NCBI GenBank assembly: GCA_002269645.1
Contig: NIVC01004961.1
Coordinates: 1 to 30,033, forward strand
Reading direction: 5' to 3'
From: Macrostomum lignano
Taxonomy: Eukaryota
DNA: 30,033 nucleotides
Shown here: positions 1 through 11,070 of the stretch, one piece after another
Numbering within the stretch: the first letter of the stretch is position 1
How the letters are laid out: each line of letters opens with the position of its first letter
Program-made: the position numbers and the translations under genes
The notes under the pieces: model-generated
Told to the model about the DNA's origin: nothing
Seen by the model: the letters and a program-made list of their open reading frames with translations, nothing else
Databases searched by the model: none

Positions 1-443
1 GTTCCCTGACTTTCCCGCTGGTCACTGTCAACCAGAGCCTGGATGCGCTGGATGTTGTCGGCAGTGACAGCAGTCCGGGTCGTCCACATCGGGGGTCATC
101 TTCGAGCGAGTCGCGGCACGCTTGAACTCGGCTGCCCAGCGCTTTATGGTGGCGTATGAGGGGGCAGCGTTAGCGTACACACTAGCATGCGGCTTTGAAT
201 TTCAGCAGGCTTTGAGCCCTCCAGAGTCAGAAATTTAATCACTGCCCTGTGCTCAAGCTTCAATTCTTGAGAAAATGCCATGGGGTGCTGGAAATAAAAT
301 GGTGCAGTGGGACTTAGGGAATGTAGAAAATTCTGAAAAGTTGACAATAGACTATTAACATGTGGCGCTTTTAGAGCCTAAAGTTTCAACACTTTGCCAC
401 TATAAGATCTTGGTCAGGCTCAGAACTTTAAGTGCCCCTCGTA
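1..443 (-). mobile_element. Tc1/mariner (mariner-type) DNA transposon, 5' end only, degenerate transposase
   Basis: Minus strand starts TA|CGAGGGGCACTTAAAGTTCTGAGCC (TA at 443-442), a mariner-like TIR. ATG at 281 reads MAFSQELKLEHRAVIKFLTLEGSKPAEIQSRML and, across frameshifts, VYANAAPSYATIKRWAAEFKR..DSLEDDP..GRP.TAVTADNIQRIQALVDSDQR: the mariner N-terminal HTH and GRP motif. Runs off the window edge. Confidence 0.88.
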
Positions 444-3415
444 GTCGGTGCAGCTTTGGCTATGGTGACATGGTTCGGAGTCTGGAGCTCCCTCCGCATG
501 ATCGCTACTCTGGCCGGTTGCTAGGTTGTTGAAGAATTTGAAGGCCAATCCTCATCAGTCTTTTTGGCGTCACTGTCGGCAAAATTGGATTCATCAGCAG
601 ATGAGGGTGAGTCAGCAGAGCTGTCGGTGTGGATGCTGGATCTCATTTGTTTCTTGAATTTTGGGCAGCAAGTGGGTTGGCAGCAGTCATCTCTGACTAC
701 GCTGTGGTCGCTGTCCGTGTTGTCTCCAGCTAGTAGTCGGCGGCTCCTAGACAGGCAACATGTCATGCTACTGAAGCTGGTAGGCGACCTCTGCGAGTCA
801 TCGTAATGGATGGTTGATGGCCTCGGCTTCGTTCCCAGCGGCGTCAACGGCTTCTTGCTTGGTAGAAGGCTAGGGTGGCTGTTGTTGTGGACCTTCGGCA
901 CCGTCCCATAGAGCTTAGTCCCATAGGCATAACATTATAGGTGAATTGTCCGCAGTGCAACATGGCAAAAGCAGTCAGATCTTGATCTTCTGGACGCAGA
1001 GGAATTTGATAGTAGTGGCTATTCAAGTTGAAAGTGCTGAATAGCTGGCTTCCTTCGAGGCTGGCGATTGCTTCCTGGATGTTTGGAATCAGGTATAGAA
1101 AGTACTCGCATTTCTGGTTCAAACTCCAAAAATCCTGTATAATTTGCAGGCTGCTGTCTTTCTTCGGGATGATTACCAGCGGGATGTTGTAGCTGGAGAA
1201 GCTCAGTCAAATCATGCCTTTGGCAAGCAGATCCTCAAGCAGCTGGTCCACCTTGGGCAGCAGATGTGGTGGAATCCTTTGGGTTGGCAGATATATAGGA
1301 TCCTTGTCCTTCAATACAATGTCATGGGTGACTAGGTGAGTTCGGCCAAGATTGTGTGGCCCCTGCAAGAAGATAGCCTTGTACTTCTTCAATAGCTTGA
1401 TGACTTGAGTGTGCTGGTCACTGTAGCTTGGGCAGTCTGATCAGTCTCGCTATCCCAACTAGGGCATTTGCTCAGACTTTGATCAATTTTGTTCCTCAAT
1501 TAATCATCTCGACAGTGCCTTCTCCATTGGCCATAGATATTAGTGCAAGTGCGGCGTCCAGGTGCTGCACATCTTCGCACCAAGCTGGTTTCAGCGGCTC
1601 GATCACAGGGTGTCCCTTAATTTTCTTCACGTCCTTTAGCTAGTTTAATCTTGATTTAGGCTGATGATAGCGGCGGCACGATTGTGCTCTTAGCCATGTA
1701 GATTCTGCACGTGGTAGCTTCGGTTCGCGTGTAGCAAAGTGGTGCAGCAGTGCCATCCTTGAAGAACAGCATCCTGGTGGCAAGGTCCAGTGAGGTGCTA
1801 TACTTCTCCAGGAACTTGAAGCCCAGGATGTTGTCATGCAATACTTTAGCTAGCAGAAACTTGACTTTTGGCTCAAAATTACCAATTTTAACTTTAATTG
1901 TTAGTTGGCCTGCCATTTGAATAGGCTCTCCATTGTAGGTTACAATGCGCTGCAGGCAGGGCTCAATTTGGCCACATAGGGTTGGGTCATCGGTACATAG
2001 CTAGTGCCAAGTGCTGAATCCCAGGACTTTGCACTTGGAGCCGGTGTCAAGCAGAAAAGCAAAATAACGCTCTTGAATCTCACCAGTTAGAAATGGATCC
2101 CTTCGTGGGCGCTTGAGTGCAGATGTCTATACAGGTGCAAGGGCAGTCTCAGCAGTCTCAGCAGGGACTTTAGTGCTGGCTCGGCTGCTAGATGGCCGTC
2201 CCATTTCCCAAGCTGCTGTTGCACTGGGATGCGGTGCTGGCCAACTGTCAGTGCGGGCATTTGTCGGCGCAATGCTTGTGGTTGCACCTGTAACACATTG
2301 CGTTCTGCCGTCGCAGCTGATAAGGCGGCAGGCGCAAACTTTACTGTTACTGTGGCTGTTGCTGCTGCTGCTGTTGATGTTGACCTCCTGCTGGTGGCGT
2401 CCTTGGCGGCAGGTTGCTGCCGGCTCATGGTTGCTGAAGCTGATAGAACTGGTCGTGCTGCATGTGCTGCAATTCACGTGCTGCAATTCATGTGCCTGGT
2501 GTCCTATATTAGGCGCTCTCATCAGCGCTGTGGCAAGGAGTCGAGGGCACCAAACATTGGTTGCATTGTACTCTAGTTGTTAACTGACCGTCGTCATCCT
2601 TGAGAACCCGGACATGTCTCACTGCTGGTGGCAGTGCTACTTGCTGAGCCAGGCTAGCTGCTGTTTCCAGGCATAGCATAGCCCTTCTCGCTGCAGTCAG
2701 ATTCTGCGGTTGAACCAGGATTAGCTGCTCTCTGGCTGGCTGGGCAATTTGTACTCCCACGGTAAACTAGTCCACCAGCTCAGCCTGCTTCTGAACCGGG
2801 ATGAAGTGCAGAAATGCTCTTTCGGCCAGAGCCATTAGACAATCACTGTAGTCGTCCATGCTCTCATTCTTTGCTGGCAGCATTGGAATTGCTCGCGGTA
2901 CTCCAGTGTGTTGGCCACGTGCGTGAAGCGCATGGACAATCTCTGCTTGAATTCGCCAGACATCAGATTGTCTGGCAGTTCCATCCTGATGACTGCGGGA
3001 TAGGTTGTGGCAATGTCCAGATTCAATAGGACTTCTGCCTTACGTCGGTCATCCCATTGAGCTCGCAACACTCCTTGAGAGCTTGGATCTAGACGTCAAA
3101 GTCCTGGTTCGCAGTGTACTGCTGGATCTTGACCAGTTTCGGCGCTGGAGCTCAATCCGGCTATTGGGGTGGCTGATACACATGATGATAGTGTTGTGGC
3201 TATCCCAGACTGGTCTGTTCCAGATGCCATCGCACCTCTTCAGTCACTGCATGGATCATCTTGTTGTAGGTTGGCCTGGTAGTTGAATTGTCGGGGCCTG
3301 CGGCATCAGCTGTCGCGTCCGCGGCCATTGAGTTAGTAGTCAAAGCCACTACGTAGATTCTGAACGATGCATTGAATGGTTTTTGGTGTTTTGTATCTCA
3401 CTTAGCTGACCACCA
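444..3415 (-). mobile_element. Ty3/Gypsy LTR retrotransposon internal region, decayed and internally deleted (gag, protease, partial RT)
   Basis: gag from ATG 3328 with capsid-like ESMDDYSDCLMALAERAF..LVD*FTVG..QLILVQPQNLTAARRAM; CX2CX3HX4C knuckle CYRCNHKHCADKC at 2295-2257; protease FLLDTGS (~2060-2038) and NILGFKFLEKY; RT N-terminus LGRTHLVTHDIVLKDKDPIYLP..IPPHLLPKV and LNQKCEYFLYLIPNIQEAIASLEGSQLFSTFNLNSHYYQIPLRPEDQDLTAF..GQFTYNVMPMGL. Gypsy domain order; many stops and frameshifts; no YxDD, RNase H or integrase core seen. Confidence 0.9.
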
Positions 3416-3418
3416 GTG
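3395..3418 (-). promoter_or_regulatory. Putative primer-binding site and 3' edge of the 5' LTR of the Gypsy element
   Basis: Minus strand ...CACCTCA-C-TGGTGGTCAGCTAAGTGAGAT: CA, a 1-nt spacer, then TGG, about 70 nt upstream of the gag ATG. Loosely like tRNA-Leu-type PBSs. The LTR 5' start cannot be fixed because no second LTR is in the window. Confidence 0.5.
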
Positions 3419-4056
3419 AGGTGGGGTGGAGAAAAGAAAATAGGAAAGTGGATTAATTTAAATTTAATCTCTTTTGAAATCAGTCAGTTTGCTGATACCA
3501 ATGAGGTGAGGCGGTTTTAACTTTCAAATTCCGCCTTTGTAATCATGGCACACGTAAAGCCAGAAAATGTCATCGTATATGGATACTCCGTCTGCCGGGT
3601 CCTCAATTCCAAGGGAAAGGTAGTCGTAATCGTAGTTGTGCGGTCTTGAGCAGGCACGGTCGTTTAGTTGGTAGACTTGACTTGATGGTCTAGACACTGC
3701 AATTCTGTTTTCTGAGTTTCTGAACTGATTACTTTTAGTAGAGTAGCGCTGCCACTACCATAATTTTTTATTATGAAATGTTGAGATCTCAGAGCTCATT
3801 TGGAGTTGAGACTAATTCGGTTGTTTAATGCCCAGCAGGCAAATAACTCAAGATAAACTATTAAGGGCTTCGATTGATTAACGTAAAAAAGTAATGAGCA
3901 GGTGACTTAATTATTTATTAATTTGTCAACAGATAGTTTAGCTACAAAATGAGAGTTATCTGGCTGTGCTGAGGTGCGGAATAATTGGAGTTAATTACGT
4001 AAAGGCGGTCACTATTAAGGTCTAAACAATATCCACCTATATACTAAATTTCTAAA

Positions 4057-4058
<2 letters not shown>

Positions 4059-4105
<47 letters not shown>
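4059..4105 (+). repeat. (GTCT)n microsatellite, about 11-12 units
   Basis: Perfect tetranucleotide run seen directly, near the 5' end of the Helitron-like element. Confidence 0.98.
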
Positions 4106-4106
<1 letters not shown>

Positions 4107-4582
4107 GGAATTTCACTCTACAGATTGAATGCCTCAACCATTTTTAACCACGTTTTCTGCAAAACATTGCAAATTGTCCAGCCATTGTACCGATAAAATT
4201 TCTTTAATTTGCTTCAATGATAAAGGTATTAAATATTCGAAAAACGAGTTTTACCAATACTTTCAATAGGAGGCTAGAAAAGGTCAAAATCTTGACTGAC
4301 TGAATTTCAATTCCAATTGAGATTGCGCCATAGCAATTTTCTCTCTCCACTGTGTAAGCTTCAATACTGGCTGCAGTGTGCAAGAGAGAGAAAAAATGTT
4401 CAGTGGCTGCGTATATACATTCTGACCCTGGCTGACTGGCGGACTGCATAGACCATTGCTATCTATAGATTTCACTCAATTGTGCATTGGCTCTGCCTGC
4501 GCACTGAGCAGCCTATCACTGCTATGTATTTGACTGCAATGCCGAAGCTTATATTGCTGATCTTCTTGCCTTTCCATTAATA

Positions 4583-4650
4583 GGCGGAGTAGCCGCACTG
4601 TAGGCACTGGGTTTAGGCTAGGCGTAAGGTCCCAGGTTCAAGTCCACCTT
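4583..4650 (+). other. Degenerate tRNA-like / SINE head (Pol III B-box)
   Basis: GGTTCAAGTCC at 4635-4645 matches the B-box consensus; weak A-box-like GTAGCCGCACTG upstream. No convincing cloverleaf. Confidence 0.4.
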
Positions 4651-4666
4651 GCTGTGAACAAATAAG

Positions 4667-4972
4667 TTTTAATTAATTAATTTTTATTTGTAACTTATGC
4701 ATCGACCAATTGAAACATCTTTCAATTAGTAGCAATTGGAGAATTTTTTATTAAGTAGCAATTAATTATTTTAATTAATTTTTATTTGTAACTTATGCAT
4801 TGACCAATTGAAACATCTTTCAATTAGTAGCGATTGGAGCATTTTTTATTAAGTAGCAATTAATTATTTTAATTAATTAATTTTTATTTGTAACTTATGC
4901 ATCGACCATTTGAAACATCTTTCGATTAGTAGTGATGGGAGCATTTTTTATTAAGTAGCAATTAATTATTTT
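4667..4972 (+). repeat. AT-rich ~100-bp tandem repeat x3
   Basis: Unit ..TTTTTATTTGTAACTTATGCATCGACCAATTGAAACATCTTTCAATTAGTAG..TTTTTTATTAAGTAGCAATTAATTATT seen three times. Confidence 0.92.
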
Positions 4973-5384
4973 TGCTAATCGGCACCAGTCACTAAGCAAA
5001 TTTGATTTGTAAAACTGCTTCAAGTGTTGCTGGTCTCATCAATGGCATTGCTAATCCTGAGTTATGCTAAAGTCTGCCTATATGTATCAAATACTGATTA
5101 GTGAGTCGTACTAAATGCTGAGCAATTTTTCAATTGTTGAAAGGATCATTGCAAGTTTACTGAGGAGACTGAGGAGCCAGCCAAGAGGAGAACTGCGTGC
5201 AGAATGTGTTGTAGAGGCAAAGCCTCTATAAGAGGTCAGAAATTCGAATCTGCTTTGAAGCAGAAATTTATCCCTGTAACTTGCGACAATAATGGTGTCT
5301 CCTCCAAAGCAGATTGATACAGATTTTTTTAAATCTTCATTTAATGATGTTATTCCGGGACTCCATTAATCTTCTAGAGCGAAG

Positions 5385-6265
5385 GAGCGGTGCTTAATCT
5401 GGGGGAGTGGTGCTAATCTGGGGGAGCAGTGCTAATCTCGGGGAGTGGTGCTAATCTGGAGGAGTGGTGCTAAATTGGGGGAGTAGTGCTAATCTGAAGA
5501 GCAATGCTAATCTTGGGAGCGGTGCTAATCTGGAGAGTGGTGCTAATCTTAAAAGCAGTGCTAATCTAGGGAGTGGTGCTAATCTGGGGAGCGGTGCTAT
5601 TCTGGAAGAGTGGTGCTAATTTGGAGCAAAGTGGGGCTAATCTGGGGTGAGGTAGTGCTAATCTAGGGGAGCGAAATGGGGCTAATCTGGGGGAGGTAGT
5701 GCTAATCTAGGGGAGCAAAATAGGGCTAATCTGGGGTGAGGTAGTGCTAATCTGAGGGAGCGAAATGGGGCTAATCTGGGGTGAGGTAGTGCTAATCTGG
5801 GGGAGCAAAATTGGGCTAATCTGGGGGGAGGTAGTGCTAATCTGGGGGGAGGTAGTGCTAATCTGGGGGAGCAAAATAGGGCTAATCTGGGGTGAGGTAG
5901 TGCTAATCTAGGGGAGCGAAATGGGGCTAATCTGGGGTGAGGTAGTGCTAAATCTGGGGGAGTAAAATGGGGCTAATCTGGGGTGAGGTAGTGCTAATCT
6001 GGGGGAGTGAAATGGGGCTAATCTGGGGGGAGGTAGTGCTAATCTGGGCGAGTCCTAATCTAGAAGGGAGTGGTGTTATTTTGAGGGAGTAGTGCTAATT
6101 TGGGAGAGTAGTGCTAATTCGATAATGCTAATTTGGAGAAGTTGGTGCTAACCTGGGGGAGGAAAGTCTAATCTGGGGGAGTAGTGCTAATCTGGAGGGG
6201 AACTTGGGGAAGTAGTGCTAATCTGGCGGAGTAGTGCTAATCTGGGGAGAGTAGAGCAAATCTGA
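5385..6265 (+). repeat. G-rich minisatellite, ~19-22-bp units with core GTGCTAATCTGGGG; central part dimeric
   Basis: About 40 imperfect copies; 5630-6050 alternates GAGGTAGTGCTAATCTGGGG and GAGCAAAATGGGGCTAATCTGGGGT. Confidence 0.95.
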
Positions 6266-7267
6266 TGGTAGTCCTCGTGTCAGGTTTTTTGCACAATTAT
6301 TGTGAAGTTTAATATTGCTAAAACAAGACTACAAGCGTAACTCATACAATAAAATAACAAATAATGATAAGAGAACTATAAATGAATTGATATTGCAAAG
6401 TTACAAACATTGTGAAATGTAAATTTTTAGAGCTTTTTTAGTCTCAGTAGAATTGATGTAAAACTGCTTAGAGATTTTCTACTGCAGAACTGCTTAGTGG
6501 TGCTTGCTCAGCGACTGTGCAAAACTGCTTATAGATAAGCGCTAAACTGCTAAGAAGCCACCCGGAGGGGGCTAAATGGCTAGTCCAATATACTAAAAAT
6601 GGTTTGTCGGTAGGTATCTATCTATGTGATCAATTAGAGAAAAAATGGCCCAACCAATTTTCTTTGAACTTGCACTGTTCGATCAGAAATTTTTCCGTGA
6701 CGGTACATGCATCGTGGCTAAGAAATTGCTTGATGCTAAAGGGATTAAATATTCAAAAAACATGCTTTTTTGCAAAGGTCAAGCAGCTCTTTCAACTTGA
6801 AATGCATTGTAAGAATGCTAGAGAAAAAAACTGACTGGTTGAATTCTGATTCTGAAATAGATTGCATCACAATAAGCTTTTTATTTATCGTCAGTGTACT
6901 GGCTGAATTTTGACATTGAATTGAATTGCGTCACAGCGTTAAAAACGCAATGTGGAAGCATACCACAATACTTGATTTACGAGTATATTGAGTAACCATA
7001 TTGGTAACTTTATTAGAGACGGGTACTGACTTGCCTAAGAAATTGATTATATCATAACTGCTTTGTGTGACTTGTACTCTAACTGACTTGGTGTGAGTGT
7101 TGAATTATAAGTGCTACAAATTCACTTATAACTTCGATGAGAGCTAGCCTAGAGGTGAACAGACTCGACTGCTAATGTAGCGACCAGGGATTGAATTTTA
7201 GTAGTGTAATAAAAGTAGTGTAATTTTGTTATTGAAAGCTTTTATTAAAAGGCTAATTAAAAAGACC

Positions 7268-7750
7268 TGGATTGCTGCACTTGATACACCAAGGGTTACT
7301 GCACTTGATAGACCAATGATTACTGCACTTGATAAACCAAGGACTGCTGCACTTGATAAGCCAAGGATTACTGCACTTAATAAACCAAGGGTTACTGCAC
7401 TTGATAAGCCAAGGATTACTGCACTTGATAAACCAAGGATTACTGCACTTGATAAACCAAGAATTATTGCACTTGATAAATAAAGGATTATTGTGCTTAA
7501 TAAACCAAGGATTACTGCGCTTGATAAACCAAGGATTACTGCACTAGATTAGAAAGGGCTATTGCACTAACTGAGACAGATTTTTGGACTTGATGAGTAA
7601 AGGATTATTGCACTAGATGAGAAAACGATTACTTCACTAGCTGAGAAGCTGGTTATTGCGCTGTCTAAAAAAGAGATTATTGCGCCAGCTGAGAAGTGGA
7701 TTGTTGCACAACCTGAGAAAGCAATTATTGCATTAGCAGAGCACTAGCTA
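7268..7750 (+). repeat. 24-bp minisatellite (CCAAGGATTACTGCACTTGATAAA), decaying rightwards
   Basis: About 12 close copies to 7550, then divergent copies; explains the ALDKPRIT ORF. Confidence 0.95.
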
Positions 7751-8210
7751 CATGCTATCTGGTGGATGCTTGCTATCTGGCGGGATGCTTGCTATTTGGG
7801 GGATGCTTGCTCTTGAGGGGGGTATTTGCTATTTGGAAGAGGGGGGTACTGGCTACATGTATAGGATTCTTTCTATCCAGGGATGCTTGCTATTTAGGGA
7901 TTCTTGCTATCTGCAGGATGCTTGCTATCTGGGTGGATGCTTCAACAATATCTGGGGGATGCTTGTATCTGGGTGGATGCTTCAACAATATCTGGGGGAT
8001 GCTTGCTATCGGGTGGATGCTTCAACAATATCTTGGGGATGCTTGCTATTTGGGTGGATGCTTCAACAATATCTGGGGGATACTTGCTATCGGGTGGATG
8101 CTTCAACAATATCTGGGGGATACTTGCTATTGGGTGGATGCTTCAACAATATCTGGGGGATGCTTGCTATCTGGGTGGATGCTTCAACAATATCTGGGGA
8201 ATATTTTCTA
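7750..8210 (+). repeat. ~41-bp minisatellite (TGCTTGCTATCTGGGTGGA-TGCTTCAACAATATCTGGGGGA) with diverged monomers at left
   Basis: About 7 close dimeric copies at 7918-8200, preceded by ~20-bp degenerate monomers. Confidence 0.93.
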
Positions 8211-11070
8211 TTTAGGGGGATTGTCTATTATCTTTGTGAAAGCTATATTTTGTTGTCTGTTTCTTAATTTTGGAAAATAAAGAGTCCGTGACAATTTTAC
8301 ATGAATAATGTGATTTTTAAAAGTGAAGAAAGAATTGGATTTTAAGAAAATGTGCTGTTTTAATTGTTTTCCATGAACTATTTTTGCTCCTTGCTTATTG
8401 GGCACCCCGAAGGGGGGCCGCACTAGATTGCTAGTTATAAACTTAAAGGAACAAATGCAAGAGCAAAAGGAGGGGCGGGGGAAAGGAAAGGAAAAAACTG
8501 ACATAAATGTGGCCAGGATGGCCATATAAATATTTGCAATGAAAATGCCGATGCATGGTGAAAACAGTGGGACAGAGAATGGGGCAACTGGCAGGTCAAC
8601 CGGAGGAAAGAGAGCCCACGTGTAGGGTAAATGCAAGGATTCCCGCAGAAAATAGGTAAAACAAAAATTAAAACACAGGATGGGGCAACGAGGGGAACAG
8701 CCACGGGAACAGGGACAGGACCGGGGAAACAACCAAGGGGCAGGCCACGGACAGGGGACGGAACGGGAAAAGGGTTTCGCAGAAAGTTTATGCCAAAATG
8801 AACAGTCACAAAACTCCGTGGTAGACTGTACTACCACACTATTCCTACTATCTCTCAGTCCTGGGCATTCTCTGGATCAGAAGGTCATGGCTTTACGCAT
8901 TTTCCCTGCCTTGAGGCGATCTTTCCTATCCTAAGGCAGTTTTTCCTGCCCTGAGGCAGTTTATACCCTCTCCAAGGTTACTGCCCTGAGGCGATTCTCA
9001 TTTCTTAGCGGTCTTCTAGTAATACTCCCAATTTGGGGCTTTATACTCTAAGAAATAAGTAAGTCAATTTGAACAACTGCTTATTAAATTTGCTCAAAGT
9101 CAAGTGACAATTCGAGAAGATGCCTTTCTTGGCCTGCTTCGGGGCTTCTATTTATACTAACTTGTATATATATTAAAAACAAACTTTAATTTTGTAGAAT
9201 ATTATTGGCACACACAACATTTAAACAAAGTTATTATTATTTGGCAGAAATTCAAATACCATATTTTCTAAGAAATAGATTGTTCGCGTACATACTACAC
9301 TGCCTCAAAATTAAAGATGGAATTTTTGGAATTTTTGCTCACATTTCTAGCAAAATGGCACAAGTCTTAGACTTAGGCCTAAAGATTTATGTATATAAGT
9401 AGTAGGCTGGGTCATTCCATGAGAGGGTCCCATCATATTTTTGAACTTTAAGTACTTATAACTTCTGAACCATAATAGATAGAAATTCTCTATGCCTCCC
9501 TCTAAGTGAAGCTTCTAAGCTTCTAAGTGAAGTGATGCTTTTTGTAGTTTTTGTAGTTTGTAGTTGCCTCCCTCTAAGTGAAGGTCTAGCTACGTCTACA
9601 TTGCAATGTCAATTAGCATTTTTTGCTTGATACGGTTGTTCATTGGCATTGCCACTTTTGCACAATGCCAAACATTTGTTCTTGACTTACGACACCTTGA
9701 GCTTGTGGAATTCATCTGGTGATAACTTGGAGATGTCCAAGATGTCAAACTCAACATAGCCATTTATGGCAAATTGAAAGCCTATAGCGACATGCACTAC
9801 GTTGCATAATACAGCTATTAGAACACCTAGGATATCTATTTGGAGCTCTAGAGGCCACATTGTGATTGGGCCTGACAGAAAAATACAGTTGCACTGCACC
9901 ACTCTGGCAAAGCCATCTGGCTGCAAATGCCTTCGACAATCCAATGGAGCATGCTCCAGCAAGAGCTACTCGTAGAATAACGTCTTAAAATAGAAAAGGC
10001 TACCTTAGACACTGGGCCTGCCTTAGCTTTTGGAACCATGCCAGAGCTCCATCTAGACACCTAGCTCCATAGACAAAAAGGTGATCTAATATGCTAAGTA
10101 ACCGCAATAGACTATGTGCCATTAGGAGTCAAAACTTTTTAGGGTGAGCACAACCTCGCATTACGAAATCTACAGTGCACGGTATTTCCAAGAGGAATTA
10201 GTGCCACTGACCAAATAGATGCCAGGGATTGCCTGATGGGATAACCATCTGCTGAAGTCTGTATTCAGAGGTTTTCCATCAGAGACTTCCTCTAAAAATC
10301 CCCATGGCAGTGGATATGAGCGTGTATTCCCTTTTCCGCTTTCCATGCCCACCTGATTAGGGAAAGATCTGGGAGTTGACCTGGAACAAGCTCTAATCTA
10401 GGTGAAATGTGCCAGGAAATCCACCTAGATCAGATTTTCTTCTTCCGAATCAAGCTCCCAGAAATAAATTGTGACCTGGGTCAAATTTTGTTCATCTGGT
10501 CCTCAACCTGGAATTTTTACTGTTTCCAAGCCCAGATCACTAATTTCTGGGTGAAGTTTCTGAATGACTTTTTTTGACGGGTATTCTGAATTTGGATCTC
10601 ACAGAAGAAATCGAGAAGGATAACCAACGGTAAAGATGCAAAAAATTGAAGAAAAAAACACAAGTTTAATACAGCTAAAGAACTGCAAAACGATTCGATA
10701 TGCTGAGCAAAACTTAAAAAACATTATTAAACCATGATGATTGACAGGCAAAGAGGCAAACAAAGTGGCGTTTGGCGAGCAATAGGCGGCAACAGCGCAA
10801 AGAAGCATAATGGGGGGGGGTCAGCAAACAAACCCCACAAGCTGCGAGCAATCTTATATTTTTGTTTTGTTTAAAAAAATTGAGTGCAAAAAGTGGCGAG
10901 TGCGCAAATACTTTTGAATTAATTGAGAAAGAAACATTTCTATATGTGTTTTGTATTTTGCCTTCTTGCATGACCTGTTTGCTTCATCTGTTTAAACTAT
11001 TAGTGCATTGATGAAGTCTAATTTGCCAGTCACTCCAAGAATCACAAACTTATCCGGTTCAATTTTTTGC

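Larger units (their letters stand above)
4034..6583 (+). mobile_element. Non-autonomous Helitron-like element 1
   Basis: 5' A|TCCACCTATATACTAAA followed by a (GTCT)n microsatellite; 3' GC hairpin GCCACCCGGAGGGGGC (6557-6572), 7 nt, then CTAG (6580-6583) followed by T. No Rep/helicase coding seen. Confidence 0.7.
6584..8434 (+). mobile_element. Non-autonomous Helitron-like element 2, abutting element 1
   Basis: 5' TCCAATATACTAAAAATGG (similar to the element 1 start); 3' hairpin GGCACCCC-GAA-GGGGGGCC (8401-8419), 11 nt, then CTAG (8431-8434) followed by T. Confidence 0.72.

Noticed and set aside
4583-4650. Functional tRNA gene (also 28230-28300)
   Set aside because: B-box present, but no acceptor stem or cloverleaf could be folded.
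7226-8280. ALDKPRIT and GGCLLSG repeat ORFs
   Set aside because: Several frames open over 24-bp and 41-bp tandem repeats; no coding signal.
8435-9160. Possible third Helitron ending at hairpin 9132-9145 plus CTAA; also ORF 8208-8837
   Set aside because: No TC start, weak hairpin, CTAA followed by C rather than T; the ORF is the antisense of a purine-rich tract and crosses the Helitron boundary.
9687-10352. Possible decayed transposase fragments, and GGGTCATTCCATG near 9409 as a TIR
   Set aside because: No recognisable catalytic motif and no matching inverted end found.
11008-11070. Upstream TTG/ATG extension of WDR75 given by the ORF track
   Set aside because: AT-rich and non-homologous; ATG 11071 fits better with the switch to GC-rich coding sequence, though this is not proven.
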